Shown here: in pieces, positions 1 through 9,035 of the stretch
Numbering within the stretch: position 1 is the first letter of the stretch
Layout of the letters: the number at the start of each line of letters is the position of its first letter
Virus record (IMG/VR): IMGVR_UViG_3300032272_000003
Coordinates: 32,001 to 96,000 of that record
Reading direction: 5' to 3' (one strand)
Source of the DNA: a virus
DNA length: 64,000 nt
Program-made: the position numbers and the translations under genes
Notes under the pieces: generated by a model
The model's input: only the letters and a program-made list of their open reading frames with translations
Databases searched by the model: none
What the model was told of the DNA's origin: nothing

Positions 1-801
1 AATATGAGATTTTTTCAATATCAATCTAGGGTCGCCGTGGAACTGTTTCTTTATGAATGTGAGTTTCCATAATTCTGCCTTTCCGCCAGTGAATGGATTA
101 TGTGATCTCTCTTTTCTCAACGAACATGTAGCTATACCAACATTAGCCGCCAATAATCGAATTGATTGTAAAGCATCCTTATCAGCACAATGTAATACAA
201 CGCTACCACGAGAGTCTACACATCCGTCTGCTGATATATGTCCTGCTATAAATCCCCGCATGTAGCTAACATTTTGATTCGTTGGTAACTGTTTGTAATG
301 TTGTGGGAGTCCACGAACAGTATAAACACCCATAGGATCATTTTTATATTGACTTGTTCTGAAATAATCAAAATAATCAACTACGAGATGTCTACTATCA
401 TCGAATTGATTTAACACACAAAATATCTCGTCTTTATGATCCTTATATAATGAACCATCACCATAACATATACCATGCTTTATACCTTCCAAGTATGATT
501 CATCATCATACTCTATATCATTAGACCATCCAAAGGGAATGTTACAATTTACCAAATGTTTAGTAGTGACACGCTCATATCCTCCTCTAGGTTTAGTAAC
601 AACCCATTCATGTCCTTCAGTGGCTTCTAGGGTATCTCCATTTGAGAGTAATACCCTAAACAGCGGTTGTTGGCCATATGAATGCCATTCGGCTGGTCGA
701 TACTTATTATCAATACCTAATGTATTGACTGTTTTACCTACCAATGTTCTAGCAGGAAACACCCCTTTATCAGTGTGTACTTTGGTGTCGCCCTGAATAC
801 A
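1..801 (-). mobile_element. Intein with LAGLIDADG homing endonuclease (partial)
   Basis: Block A CIQGDTKVHTDKG, block B LEATEGHEW, LAGLIDADG-like GICYGDGS and RGFIAGHISADGC. Confidence 0.9.
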
Positions 802-1065
802 GTTGATGAATGTAGTGCCTCCCCACTCGGTACCGGCATTAGAATAGATTCGGCCACCGGCTGTGCCTTTAAATTCTGTTAGTAGATCATAAAACTGGTC
901 TTCCCAGTGCTGTCTTACTTCTTCCTTTTCGCATTGAGCCATTGCACTAGCGACACGACGGAACGTTGTATCAACGTGATCATCGTTATGGTCCCTGTAC
1001 GTACTGCTCCAAACTTCTTCTGGGAAGAGGTCTTGGAACTGGGTGTCGTGTTTATCTGTTGGCAT
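1..1065 (-). CDS. nrdJ: Ribonucleotide reductase, probably class II (NrdJ), 5' part with intein; runs off window
   Basis: Not in ORF track. ATG at 1065 after AAGGAG; MPTDKHDTQFQDLFPEEVWSSTY...FRRVASAMA...GGRIYSNAGTEWGGTTFIN then intein; frame stays open to base 1. Confidence 0.85.
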   Translation of the reverse strand, partial: MPTDKHDTQFQDLFPEEVWSSTYRDHNDDHVDTTFRRVASAMAQCEKEEVRQHWEDQFYDLLTEFKGTAGGRIYSNAGTEWGGTTFINCIQGDTKVHTDKGVFPARTLVGKTVNTLGIDNKYRPAEWHSYGQQPLFRVLLSNGDTLEATEGHEWVVTKPRGGYERVTTKHLVNCNIPFGWSNDIEYDDESYLEGIKHGICYGDGSLYKDHKDEIFCVLNQFDDSRHLVVDYFDYFRTSQYKNDPMGVYTVRGLPQHYKQLPTNQNVSYMRGFIAGHISADGCVDSRGSVVLHCADKDALQSIRLLAANVGIATCSLRKERSHNPFTGGKAELWKLTFIKKQFHGDPRLILKKSHI

Positions 1066-1481
1066 ACATTCTCCTTGTTAACTTGCTGCACTTTGACGCC
1101 ATTATCTTGTAGAAAGTCGATCCCGTCTGTGATACGGTAGGCTTCAGTGTAGAAGACTTCCTTTATTCCTGATGATTTAATTAGTAATGAACACGGCAGG
1201 CACGGTGCATGTGTTACGAACGCAGTAGCTCCATCTCCAGACTCATTACTCTTGGCGAGCTTGGCGATAGCGTTTAGTTCTGCATGTAGCACTGTTGGGA
1301 GCGTTGAGTTGTTTTCACATTCACAAACGTTCGGTTGGCCGGGCGGTGTTCCGTTGTATCCTATCGATATGATCCTATTATCTTTGACTATGACACATCC
1401 AACTTTTAGCCTCTCACAGTAAGATAATTGCCCATACACGTATGCACATTTCATATGTGCATGAACGAACTTGTCTTTCAT
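915..1481 (-). CDS. cd: dCMP deaminase
   Basis: KVGCVIV, GYNG, HAELNAI, PCLPC zinc motifs; likely start ATG 1481 after GGAGG. Confidence 0.92.
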   Translation of the reverse strand: MKDKFVHAHMKCAYVYGQLSYCERLKVGCVIVKDNRIISIGYNGTPPGQPNVCECENNSTLPTVLHAELNAIAKLAKSNESGDGATAFVTHAPCLPCSLLIKSSGIKEVFYTEAYRITDGIDFLQDNGVKVQQVNKENVCQQINTTPSSKTSSQKKFGAVRTGTITMITLIQRSVVSLVQWLNAKRKK

Positions 1482-1515
1482 TGATCCTCCGATTGTTGTA
1501 TTTAGTTGGACAGTT

Positions 1516-1836
1516 TTATTGGGTGTCGGTTCCGCTAACAAAGACCATTGTTGATGATTCTAATACATGATCAACCATACAAATATAGTCAATGATCGGT
1601 GCACAGAACTTCTCTGCCTCTGTTTCATCGACGTATGCTGAATACAGTCTATCCATAATAGGTTCCATCATCTTACGTTGATTGTAGTGACATAACACAT
1701 CGTAAAGGTTGGTGATGGCAAGGAATGCCAGGGTGTCGCTTTCTTCTGTTCGGTCGTTTATAAAATCGATAGCAACATTCAAAGCTATATTGGCTTTCTG
1801 TGTTACTAAAATCTCAGGTAGTTCTGTTAAGGACAT
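1516..1836 (-). CDS. Hypothetical protein
   Basis: 106 aa, coupled to neighbour. Confidence 0.6.
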   Translation of the reverse strand: MSLTELPEILVTQKANIALNVAIDFINDRTEESDTLAFLAITNLYDVLCHYNQRKMMEPIMDRLYSAYVDETEAEKFCAPIIDYICMVDHVLESSTMVFVSGTDTQ

Positions 1837-2105
1837 TACATTTTCTCCACTATTTTAACCAAGTCTCTTAGACGTTGGGATTTTCTAACTCGCATCCCAA
1901 AAAGCACCCGTGCAAAGTATGGGCGGTTATTTGGATACCCCTCTGATTCGTAATTGTAAACCTCCATGAACTCATTATCTGATATCGTGTTTATGAAGGA
2001 TACCATTTTGCTGATATTCATTATTGATATCTTTGTGACAAATGTTGCATCAGAAATGTGATATGCCTCACGGAGTTTTAGATACTCATCGATCAACTCA
2101 CTCAT
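1836..2105 (-). CDS. Hypothetical protein
   Basis: 89 aa, ATGA overlap. Confidence 0.6.
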   Translation of the reverse strand: MSELIDEYLKLREAYHISDATFVTKISIMNISKMVSFINTISDNEFMEVYNYESEGYPNNRPYFARVLFGMRVRKSQRLRDLVKIVEKM

Positions 2106-2434
2106 AGTTTGAGAGCTATGTATGCCACGGTAACGTCATCAGACGGTGTGATGATGTGGTTATACAGAGTATATTCCATCGTGATCAACTCGATCTGCTC
2201 GGCATCGGTTAGTAGATTGATTTTCAACTTGAGCATGAATCGTTCTTCGATCTGATCCGTGAGTAAAGATAGAATACCATTCAAATCCGTGCCTATTTGT
2301 GATGCCGTTCCTTGTGGGAATGCTTTGTTGGCCCAAACACTAACCTCATTATAAACAGAGGGTATCACGTAGAACATGTAACTCTGGTCGTACAGCTCTT
2401 GCACCTTGTTTGGCCTTACGTGTTTCATATCCAT
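2102..2434 (-). CDS. Small protein, family B C-terminal motif
   Basis: Ends EQIELI...YNHIITPSDDVTVAYIALKL. Confidence 0.7.
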   Translation of the reverse strand: MDMKHVRPNKVQELYDQSYMFYVIPSVYNEVSVWANKAFPQGTASQIGTDLNGILSLLTDQIEERFMLKLKINLLTDAEQIELITMEYTLYNHIITPSDDVTVAYIALKL

Positions 2435-2443
2435 AACATTCTC

Positions 2444-2839
2444 CTAAAGTTTGTATAAGGCAGCATATGCCCCTTGTAAAATAATACTTGGTTCCTCAAT
2501 GTAATTATAAATCTCTTTCTCTTCTGTGATGGCTTCGATGAGTTCATCGTCATCGGCGGTCGCCACGGCATCCAAGAATTGAGTTATACCGTCGAAGATA
2601 TCTCTGAAGCACATCTTCATGTTAGATACTACTGATACTGCGTCAGTCTTGGCCTCGTATTCTGCATTGTTATATGCCTGTTCGCCCTCTTCCTCATTAC
2701 CAAAATCTATGTGCATCTTGAATGCATTAGATACAACCTTATCAACCTGAGTCTCGACATCTTCTACTACCCCATGATATTCGTTGTGCATGTCTCTGAA
2801 TGCACGGATGGTTGGGTTGCTATGCCATGCTGTTATCAT
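2444..2839 (-). CDS. Small protein, family B C-terminal motif
   Basis: Ends YNYIEEPSIILQGAYAALYKL. Confidence 0.7.
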   Translation of the reverse strand: MITAWHSNPTIRAFRDMHNEYHGVVEDVETQVDKVVSNAFKMHIDFGNEEEGEQAYNNAEYEAKTDAVSVVSNMKMCFRDIFDGITQFLDAVATADDDELIEAITEEKEIYNYIEEPSIILQGAYAALYKL

Positions 2840-4104
2840 AGTTTCATCAGCATCGGTAGATGATCGTATTCCCGCTTACCTAACCCGATGTCGTGCCATA
2901 CGATCTGGTGATTAGGATTGAAATCGCTCTCTTCTACCGTGTACTCATGATAGGTGAACGTATGCCCGACGTGCAACATTACCTGTTCGTCGACCAGGTG
3001 GTCCAGTACGAATTCTGATAACAGGTCAACCGAGTCCGGTGCCTTATACACCACGGCTGATTCGTCAGTCGATCCACGAGGGCACATACCCATGGCCAGG
3101 TGCTTGTTGATACCAGCATGAACGAAGAAGTGAGTATACCCACCATCCTTCATAGTCAGGTAATACTGAGCGATGTTATCGTAGTAGTCGATGAAGTCGG
3201 CAGCATATCGATCCATTTCTATAGGTTCCAATGTAAAGAACTCATCGATGGTTCCTTTGAGGCCATGTGCCAATTTCATATCGTATGTCGGTGGGTTAGT
3301 ACTGACATATCCACTTGCATCTTCCACAGACAGTTCTAACATGTAATCTGGGTCTTTCTGCCACTTACGGAAGTAATGTGCCAACTTCTTGTCATGGTTT
3401 GACTTGACGATGTGTGCCCGACCGGCATGGAGTAGTCCCAACACTCGATAGAATGTTCGGCGTGATGACTTACCACGGTCTACCAGGTCACCTAAGAATA
3501 TGTATTGGTGATGTGGATAGTCCCTAAGATAATATTCGAGTGCATCGATATCACCATGAAGATCAGGGATGACAACATAATGCTTGTCGGGGTCGAGGAT
3601 ATGATCATCCCCAGAGTTACCGGCGAAGGTCACATACACATCATCAACCTGCTCGATCTTGACGTGATCATATAGCTTCGGTAGGACGGTCTCATCTATC
3701 CGGGTAACCTGGCGATGATAGGCGTGAAGATAGTGCCACCGATGCTTCATACGTTCATGTGTGACTTCTTCTGGATGTAGGTGAGGGAATTGAACGGCCA
3801 TGAGCGGTCGCTTTTGTTCTTTGGCAATATCATAGACACGTTGTATCAGACCGCGACTGCCGGTGCTATCGATGATAGTTGTCAGTCCAGCCTTTGCTCG
3901 TTCCTCTACGATGGCATAGAGGATTGTAAACGTAGCGTCGTTATAACGTTGATCTTCAAAGTCCCCACTCAACTGTTGTCGAATGAGGTCTGAGGATACC
4001 ACTTGATGTTCCGCAAAATGCTTCTTACAAAATGTGCTCTTCCCAGTACCCATTGCGCCGATAAGTACCACTAATGCGGACTTTGGAATGTTGATTCCAG
4101 TCAT
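2836..4104 (-). CDS. Polynucleotide kinase / metallophosphoesterase (Pnkp-like)
   Basis: P-loop GAMGTGKST, SSDLIR; calcineurin-like PDLHG, GDLVDRG, SNHD. Confidence 0.85.
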   Translation of the reverse strand: MTGINIPKSALVVLIGAMGTGKSTFCKKHFAEHQVVSSDLIRQQLSGDFEDQRYNDATFTILYAIVEERAKAGLTTIIDSTGSRGLIQRVYDIAKEQKRPLMAVQFPHLHPEEVTHERMKHRWHYLHAYHRQVTRIDETVLPKLYDHVKIEQVDDVYVTFAGNSGDDHILDPDKHYVVIPDLHGDIDALEYYLRDYPHHQYIFLGDLVDRGKSSRRTFYRVLGLLHAGRAHIVKSNHDKKLAHYFRKWQKDPDYMLELSVEDASGYVSTNPPTYDMKLAHGLKGTIDEFFTLEPIEMDRYAADFIDYYDNIAQYYLTMKDGGYTHFFVHAGINKHLAMGMCPRGSTDESAVVYKAPDSVDLLSEFVLDHLVDEQVMLHVGHTFTYHEYTVEESDFNPNHQIVWHDIGLGKREYDHLPMLMKL

Positions 4105-4130
4105 GTTATCCTCCTAAGTTGTTGATCTAA

Positions 4131-4472
4131 TTAACGATTATCCCTACGTTTGGTCGGTCTTGGTTGCCTGATGTTGTGACCAAGTAGCTTAGATGAAGTC
4201 GATTTCAGTTCCATGATGAGTTCTTTACGTATAATTGCCTTTGCCTTGTTAGTCAATTTATACAACTTACGATCATGTTTGTGTTGTTTATCGTCTTCTT
4301 CAATCCATCCACCCAGTACATCACGGTTTACCATGGCCAAATAGCCAGATGACGTGTCATTATACACTGTCATCCTTACATCGTCCATAGCATTTTTTAC
4401 CCTTGCACCGCTGGCGATATCGTCTTTAATTCGGTCTACCATCATATCATGGTTTATTATAGTCATAGTCAT
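4131..4472 (-). CDS. Hypothetical protein, possible winged helix
   Basis: GWIEE...RKLYKLTNKAK resembles a PadR/MarR wing. Confidence 0.4.
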   Translation of the reverse strand: MTMTIINHDMMVDRIKDDIASGARVKNAMDDVRMTVYNDTSSGYLAMVNRDVLGGWIEEDDKQHKHDRKLYKLTNKAKAIIRKELIMELKSTSSKLLGHNIRQPRPTKRRDNR

Positions 4473-4481
4473 AGCTTGTAT

Positions 4482-5642
4482 TTATTCCTCATTCATCATA
4501 AAACATCCCTGTGAAAGTCCATATACAGTTTTGTAGTTCTGTGAGTGGAGGGCGAACACCTTATAATCTACATCGTGCCCTAGATACATGGACATACATA
4601 GTCCGGCCACACCCTTACAATCCATTTCAGAGAATACCTTAATGGCAAACTCCTTACGGTCCTTATCCTTGTTAGCGGCATAGAACGCCTCAACTTGAGC
4701 GATGATGTGGTTATGACGTGTAGTTATCATATCTATGGCCTTATCAATGATCTTACAGGCCACAGGATCGTCGTGGATCACCGATCTCGCATCATCAATG
4801 GTCTCGTTAATGACTGCCTCAAACAAAGCCCTAGGCGAGCTTAGGTTGAATTTTATACGATGACGTTCCAGGTACCACTTAGTCTTCAGCTTGAACATAG
4901 AATCATCTTCAAGCTGAACGACAAAGCCTTCAATCTTCTGCTTGTCATAAGCGGCATCAATCCACGCACGAGTGTCACCCTTGATATCAAATGATTTTAC
5001 TCGATAATTATTCAGAATGGAATCGTCGAGCATCATTTCATCATCGACACGGATGCCTAACATATGATCCCGAATACCAAGGACAATCAAGTGAGGCTTT
5101 TCATATCCAATAACGACCCGGTTGTCGGGTGCTACCCACTCCATGACAACTGTGTAGTCGGCATTCGTAAGTCTGTCTAGTTCAAGGCGTAGTTCTATCT
5201 GCTCTGGTTGGTCAAGCCAAACCATAGCTGCCTGGGCCTGTGTAGAGGTGAGTGAAGTCTTGGACTTCAGCATCAGCTTCTCACCGTGCCGGTAAGTAGA
5301 GATCAGAGAACCATCAGCCTTATCCCATACATTCTTGAATGATGTCAAATCCAACACCGAGTCATCGGTCAATGGATTCTCATTCAAGTTGAAGAACTTG
5401 GGGAACGGGAGGGATGCCAGACGTGCTGGTGATCCGTTGGCGTTCATTTCAAACATATGACCACGACACTCCATAGCATTGGGTAGCACGAAGTCCTGGT
5501 AACGTGCCAGGCGATATGAAAATACTCGATAAGTGATACCATCCATCACATGATCTTTAAAATAGAATGCCTCGTTGGTGTTCACCAAGTTCATCAGGTC
5601 ATTCCAAAGCTTTAGTTCAAAATCAAAATGTAATTGCATCAT
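4482..5642 (-). CDS. rnlA: RNA ligase 1 (T4 Rnl1/gp63-like)
   Basis: ECRG, KFFNLNE, KADGSLI (motif I), EGFVV, KLKTKWY. Confidence 0.92.
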   Translation of the reverse strand: MMQLHFDFELKLWNDLMNLVNTNEAFYFKDHVMDGITYRVFSYRLARYQDFVLPNAMECRGHMFEMNANGSPARLASLPFPKFFNLNENPLTDDSVLDLTSFKNVWDKADGSLISTYRHGEKLMLKSKTSLTSTQAQAAMVWLDQPEQIELRLELDRLTNADYTVVMEWVAPDNRVVIGYEKPHLIVLGIRDHMLGIRVDDEMMLDDSILNNYRVKSFDIKGDTRAWIDAAYDKQKIEGFVVQLEDDSMFKLKTKWYLERHRIKFNLSSPRALFEAVINETIDDARSVIHDDPVACKIIDKAIDMITTRHNHIIAQVEAFYAANKDKDRKEFAIKVFSEMDCKGVAGLCMSMYLGHDVDYKVFALHSQNYKTVYGLSQGCFMMNEE

Positions 5643-5669
5643 ATTCTCCTAGAATAGTTCATCCTGTGC

Positions 5670-5957
5670 CTAATCATCAGGTACCGGCTGTTTGTGCCAA
5701 CCTAAATCTTCGAGACCGAAAGTATCGATTAGGTCATTGGCATACTTGTTACCGAGTCTATCAGCAACATCACCCAGTGTCAACGATATTAAGTTGTGAG
5801 TGAACGGGCCATTCTGTTTAATGGCCCGTTTGATACTATCCTCAGCCTCCGCTAATATTTCAGATTTAACCACGAGGCACCTCCGTAACATTAACACCCC
5901 AGGCAGCACGTAGATTGTACACAACACGGCCAGGGTCTTCTTGATAGTAACCGTCAT
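5670..5957 (-). CDS. Hypothetical protein, N-terminal hydrophobic segment
   Basis: ORF track; start uncertain. Confidence 0.45.
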   Translation of the reverse strand: MTVTIKKTLAVLCTIYVLPGVLMLRRCLVVKSEILAEAEDSIKRAIKQNGPFTHNLISLTLGDVADRLGNKYANDLIDTFGLEDLGWHKQPVPDD

Positions 5958-6078
5958 AGGCTTCTATACAATCCTTCACAACAAAGGCATCTGATCCAAC
6001 CCTACAATAATGTTCAACATCAACATGAAACCCATCAAACTTAAACCTCAATTTATACTGTACCATCATACTCTCCAT
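5866..6078 (-). CDS. Hypothetical protein
   Basis: ORF track, fits operon. Confidence 0.4.
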   Translation of the reverse strand: MESMMVQYKLRFKFDGFHVDVEHYCRVGSDAFVVKDCIEAYDGYYQEDPGRVVYNLRAAWGVNVTEVPRG

Positions 6079-6253
6079 TCTTTACTAGTTTAACTTCCCA
6101 TGAGTACAATTCTATTTCCCATGAGCACCACGATGGACGAACATAAATGTATAATCCATCCACGTGGGTTACGGTACCACGTACAGGATATTGGCGATGT
6201 TCTAACGGCCTAATATCCTTACGTAGAATGTCAACTTTATTACCGGCTTCCAT
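6053..6253 (-). CDS. Hypothetical small SH3-like protein
   Basis: GNKVDI...RGTVTHVDGLYIYVR. Confidence 0.5.
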   Translation of the reverse strand: MEAGNKVDILRKDIRPLEHRQYPVRGTVTHVDGLYIYVRPSWCSWEIELYSWEVKLVKNGEYDGTV

Positions 6254-6261
6254 TAGGTCTC

Positions 6262-7617
6262 CTATTCGTCGTTGATGTGGATTACTTGAGCGCCTTCGAC
6301 GTTCAAGTCTTTATTACCAGCACGAGTTACGATCATCAGCACTGGAATGCCATCAATTGCAGTCTCTACTGACTGCTCGGGGATGTACCCATCGGTCACG
6401 ATGACAATACACGCTGGCTCGTCATCCATTTCGTTAGCCATATCAACCATCGGTGCCATGTCGGTACCACCACCACCCACCAATTCTTTATTGACTGAGG
6501 TGAAATCGTCACCATCTTCGCTGTTGAAGCTGTCGATGATATGGGCTTTCGTATCACAAGACATCAAATCCATATCCCACGACTCGTATGTGTCCATGAT
6601 TGATGCAAGTTCGGTCATAGCCTCACCCAGGTCTGCTGCTGACATTGAGCCAGAGGTATCTACACCAAACGCAAGTTTGATGTGGTCACCGGTCATGGTC
6701 GGGAAACAAACAGTGTTTGAGCGACGGCTGATACGGTTGTACGTGTAACGGTTGCGGCTTGTTTCGGTTACGAAGTCTTGTAACAAGTTCTTCCAAGGAA
6801 TAACTGGCTCGATCATATTCTCGAACAAGCGAAGCAGACCGGCAGAACCAGAACCAGCCTGACGGTCATCAGCCGAAGCCTGACCAACAGCGGCAGAGAT
6901 TTTCTGCTTGTTCTCGGCCTTGGTGGCTGCGCCAACTTCTTCCTGGCTGATATGATCGAATGGACGTGGCTTCTTACCCTTGCCTTCGCCTGAACCTTCA
7001 CCACCCTGACCACCTTCTTCACCATCTTCTTCACCATCACCTGGCTCACCAAACTCTTCCAGAGCTTTTTCAAGGCTGTTCTTAGCCTCTTCCAAAATAT
7101 CATGGTAGATAGCGTCAGATGACATATCTTTGTACTTGACATCATACAGGCCAAAGTCTGGCATAGCCAAAGTCTTCTCGGCAGTATCCATATGCTTCAG
7201 ATATGAATTGATACAGTAATCGGCTGCAATGTTCCACAGCATTGGGTGGTAGGTCAGCTCACGCTGGCGACCGATGTGATCCAAGAAGATGTGAAGGATT
7301 TCGTGAGCCAATACAAAGGCACGTTCCTTACGATTCTTCAAGATATTCATCATAAAATCTGGGTTGATGAACACTGTGGATGTTGGGATGGTGGTTGCTG
7401 CCATTGTTGGCAGATCATTTGTGTAGTAATAGTTACAAGACATCACCAGGAAGCCCATGAACGGATATTTCAGTGTAAGGTCGATCTTGGCATTCAGTAG
7501 AGCTTTCTTCAGCTCTTCAGTGACCTCAATCGGTTTGGCTGCACTTGGGTTGTGATCAAATTCACCCTTCTTTGATGCTGACTCTTCCGTCTGCTGTGTC
7601 ATTGTTGTATCGGTCAT
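6262..7617 (-). CDS. vWA-domain metallopeptidase (DUF2201-like)
   Basis: AHEILH (HExxH), WNIAADYCIN, MIDAS DTSGSMS, GGGTD, TDG. Confidence 0.9.
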   Translation of the reverse strand: MTDTTMTQQTEESASKKGEFDHNPSAAKPIEVTEELKKALLNAKIDLTLKYPFMGFLVMSCNYYYTNDLPTMAATTIPTSTVFINPDFMMNILKNRKERAFVLAHEILHIFLDHIGRQRELTYHPMLWNIAADYCINSYLKHMDTAEKTLAMPDFGLYDVKYKDMSSDAIYHDILEEAKNSLEKALEEFGEPGDGEEDGEEGGQGGEGSGEGKGKKPRPFDHISQEEVGAATKAENKQKISAAVGQASADDRQAGSGSAGLLRLFENMIEPVIPWKNLLQDFVTETSRNRYTYNRISRRSNTVCFPTMTGDHIKLAFGVDTSGSMSAADLGEAMTELASIMDTYESWDMDLMSCDTKAHIIDSFNSEDGDDFTSVNKELVGGGGTDMAPMVDMANEMDDEPACIVIVTDGYIPEQSVETAIDGIPVLMIVTRAGNKDLNVEGAQVIHINDE

Positions 7618-7644
7618 GTTGTTCTCCTGTTTAACTGTAGGACT

Positions 7645-7674
7645 ATCCTACCATGGTTAAGTTCATCATGTCAA
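7645..7674 (-). promoter_or_regulatory. Sigma70-type early promoter
   Basis: TTGACA-18-TAGGAT upstream of vWA gene. Confidence 0.6.
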
Positions 7675-7736
7675 CTGCTAAAACAAGGAAAGGAGTCCGA
7701 AGACCCCTTTCTCTAGCACCTATACCAACAGTCACA

Positions 7737-8819
7737 TTAGTCAGGGATGTATTTGATCAGTTCTGCGAAGATTTTCTTCGACTTGCTGATGAGCTTCATG
7801 AAAACTTCACGCTTCGTAGAGTTCTTGATGCTCTTGAACAACAGAATCTTGAAGTCATCACCGAGCTGGCTAACCAGACCACCATCGTCCAACAGCACTT
7901 TCATGCGAGCATCGTTGTCGTAGTTATCGATCATGCAAAAGATCAGGCTCGATACTACCGCAAATGTGATACCGATATCATCGGTAGGAATCTGGTATTC
8001 CATTTCACCATCCATGACCTTGTTGAAGTCAGGCAACTTGCTGTAGTACTTGCGGAAAACATCGAAGTCCATAGTGGTACCTTGGCCAACACAGCCAGAC
8101 AGGGCAATGTTCAGGCTTTCTTCGTCATAACCGACATTCATCAGGTAAGACGCTTGTTCCCATGAGCGGGGTGATGCAAACGCCATGTCGTTCTTATATG
8201 GATCGAAGCGATACAGGGCATCTTTACGAAAGTTCAAGAATCCAATGATCTGTTCGTTCAGACCACGACTGATTGCATAAGCAGTCCAGTCATCCACGTT
8301 GGCAGTAATGAATAAGTGCATACCGAAGCGATTGGCCAGGGCAGGTGCAACTTCTTTGGCACCTGTCTTATCAGACTTCAGGTTACCAGCAGCAACGATC
8401 TTCCAACCTGGTGGCAGTTTGCGACCGTTTTGGATGGTGCGATCCAGTACCAGGCGGTAAGCGGCGTGTTGAGTGCTGACGTTAGCATTAGACAGCTCAT
8501 CAAGGAAGATGATGCCCTTACTATCTGGGTCTTCAGGAAACCATGATGGTGTAGAGAATCGCATTTCACCAGACTCTTGCACTACATAAGGAATACCACC
8601 GATGTCTGATGGCTCCAACATCGCCAAGCGAAGGTCAACCATACCAAGGCTATGCTCTTCACAGATTTGTGCAACAAGTGATGACTTACCGATGCCGGGT
8701 GATGAATGAAGGTAGATGGGTGCATGACTGTTCTCATCTGCCAAGATCGGGGCGATCAACTTCGATGCATTTCGAAGTGTTACCGTAATTTCGTTTGAAC
8801 CTGCTGCTTGCTTTGACAT
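7737..8819 (-). CDS. MoxR-type AAA+ ATPase
   Basis: SPGIGKS, IIFLDE, AAGN, ALANRF, SPRSW; start 8819 after AAGGAG. Confidence 0.9.
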   Translation of the reverse strand: MSKQAAGSNEITVTLRNASKLIAPILADENSHAPIYLHSSPGIGKSSLVAQICEEHSLGMVDLRLAMLEPSDIGGIPYVVQESGEMRFSTPSWFPEDPDSKGIIFLDELSNANVSTQHAAYRLVLDRTIQNGRKLPPGWKIVAAGNLKSDKTGAKEVAPALANRFGMHLFITANVDDWTAYAISRGLNEQIIGFLNFRKDALYRFDPYKNDMAFASPRSWEQASYLMNVGYDEESLNIALSGCVGQGTTMDFDVFRKYYSKLPDFNKVMDGEMEYQIPTDDIGITFAVVSSLIFCMIDNYDNDARMKVLLDDGGLVSQLGDDFKILLFKSIKNSTKREVFMKLISKSKKIFAELIKYIPD

Positions 8820-8954
8820 CTTCGTCTCCTTGTTGTTGAAGTGTGTAGCTATTTTACCCCGGATTGGGTAGGGAGTCAACCCCATTTTACAATTATTTGA
8901 ACATTAAGTTGAGGTTTTCTGTCTCGGCTCATGTTCTCCTGTGAGTGAAATTAC

Positions 8955-8983
8955 ATATTACCAGGGTAGTTTACAATTGTCAA
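8955..8983 (-). promoter_or_regulatory. Sigma70-type early promoter
   Basis: TTGACA-17-TAATAT. Confidence 0.65.
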
Positions 8984-8984
8984 C

Positions 8985-9012
8985 AAAAAAAGGCCACCGA
9001 GGTGACCTTTTT
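8985..9012 (-). terminator. Intrinsic terminator after gp32
   Basis: AAAAAAAAGGCCACCGAGGTGACCTTTTT hairpin with U-tract. Confidence 0.75.
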
Positions 9013-9035
9013 GGAGAAACGATTAATAAACCGTT

